Shown: positions 54,492 to 64,000 of the stretch, in pieces | Layout: the number at the start of each line of letters is the position of its first letter | How positions within the stretch are numbered: the stretch's first letter is position 1 | Source: Sphaeroforma arctica JP610 | Lineage: Eukaryota | DNA: 64,000 nt | Assembly: GCF_001186125.1 (NCBI RefSeq) | Contig: NW_014040376.1 | Coordinates: 22,842 to 86,841, forward strand | Direction of reading: 5' to 3' | Position numbers and translations under genes: made by a program | The notes under the pieces: generated by a model | The model's database searches: none | Told to the model about the DNA's origin: nothing | The model's input: only the letters and a program-made list of their open reading frames with translations

Positions 54492-64000
<9,509 letters not shown>

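Overview
Eukaryotic nuclear DNA with GT-AG introns, (TA)n/(CA)n microsatellites and five N gaps; no prokaryotic operons or CRISPR arrays. By hand-splicing I recover six genes: EB1/MAPRE (-), a two-exon gene with a divergent forkhead-like winged helix (+), a syntenin-like tandem-PDZ gene (+), taspase-1 (-), head-to-head with it an ERMES Mmm1-like SMP gene (+), and a long coiled-coil gene (-) running off the right edge. There are two inverted pairs of tRNA genes, Ser(AGA) x2 and Val(AAC) x2. The rest is decayed transposons (a LINE, an LTR family including a solo LTR with TSD, a Ty3/Gypsy relic between the tRNA pairs, a Ty1/Copia relic beside them) and tandem repeats. Mmm1 together with a syntenin-like gene suggests a unicellular holozoan such as an ichthyosporean (inference only). 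I see no clear-cut new multi-gene system. The best leads are the atypical tRNA acceptor ends (U1:A72, A73 on tRNA-Ser, C1:A72 in one Val copy), the forkhead-like gene with an altered recognition helix inside CATAGCC inverted motifs, and an intronic 42-bp minisatellite that reads as heptads from an in-frame splice acceptor. All protein calls rest on motif recognition by eye, not database searches.
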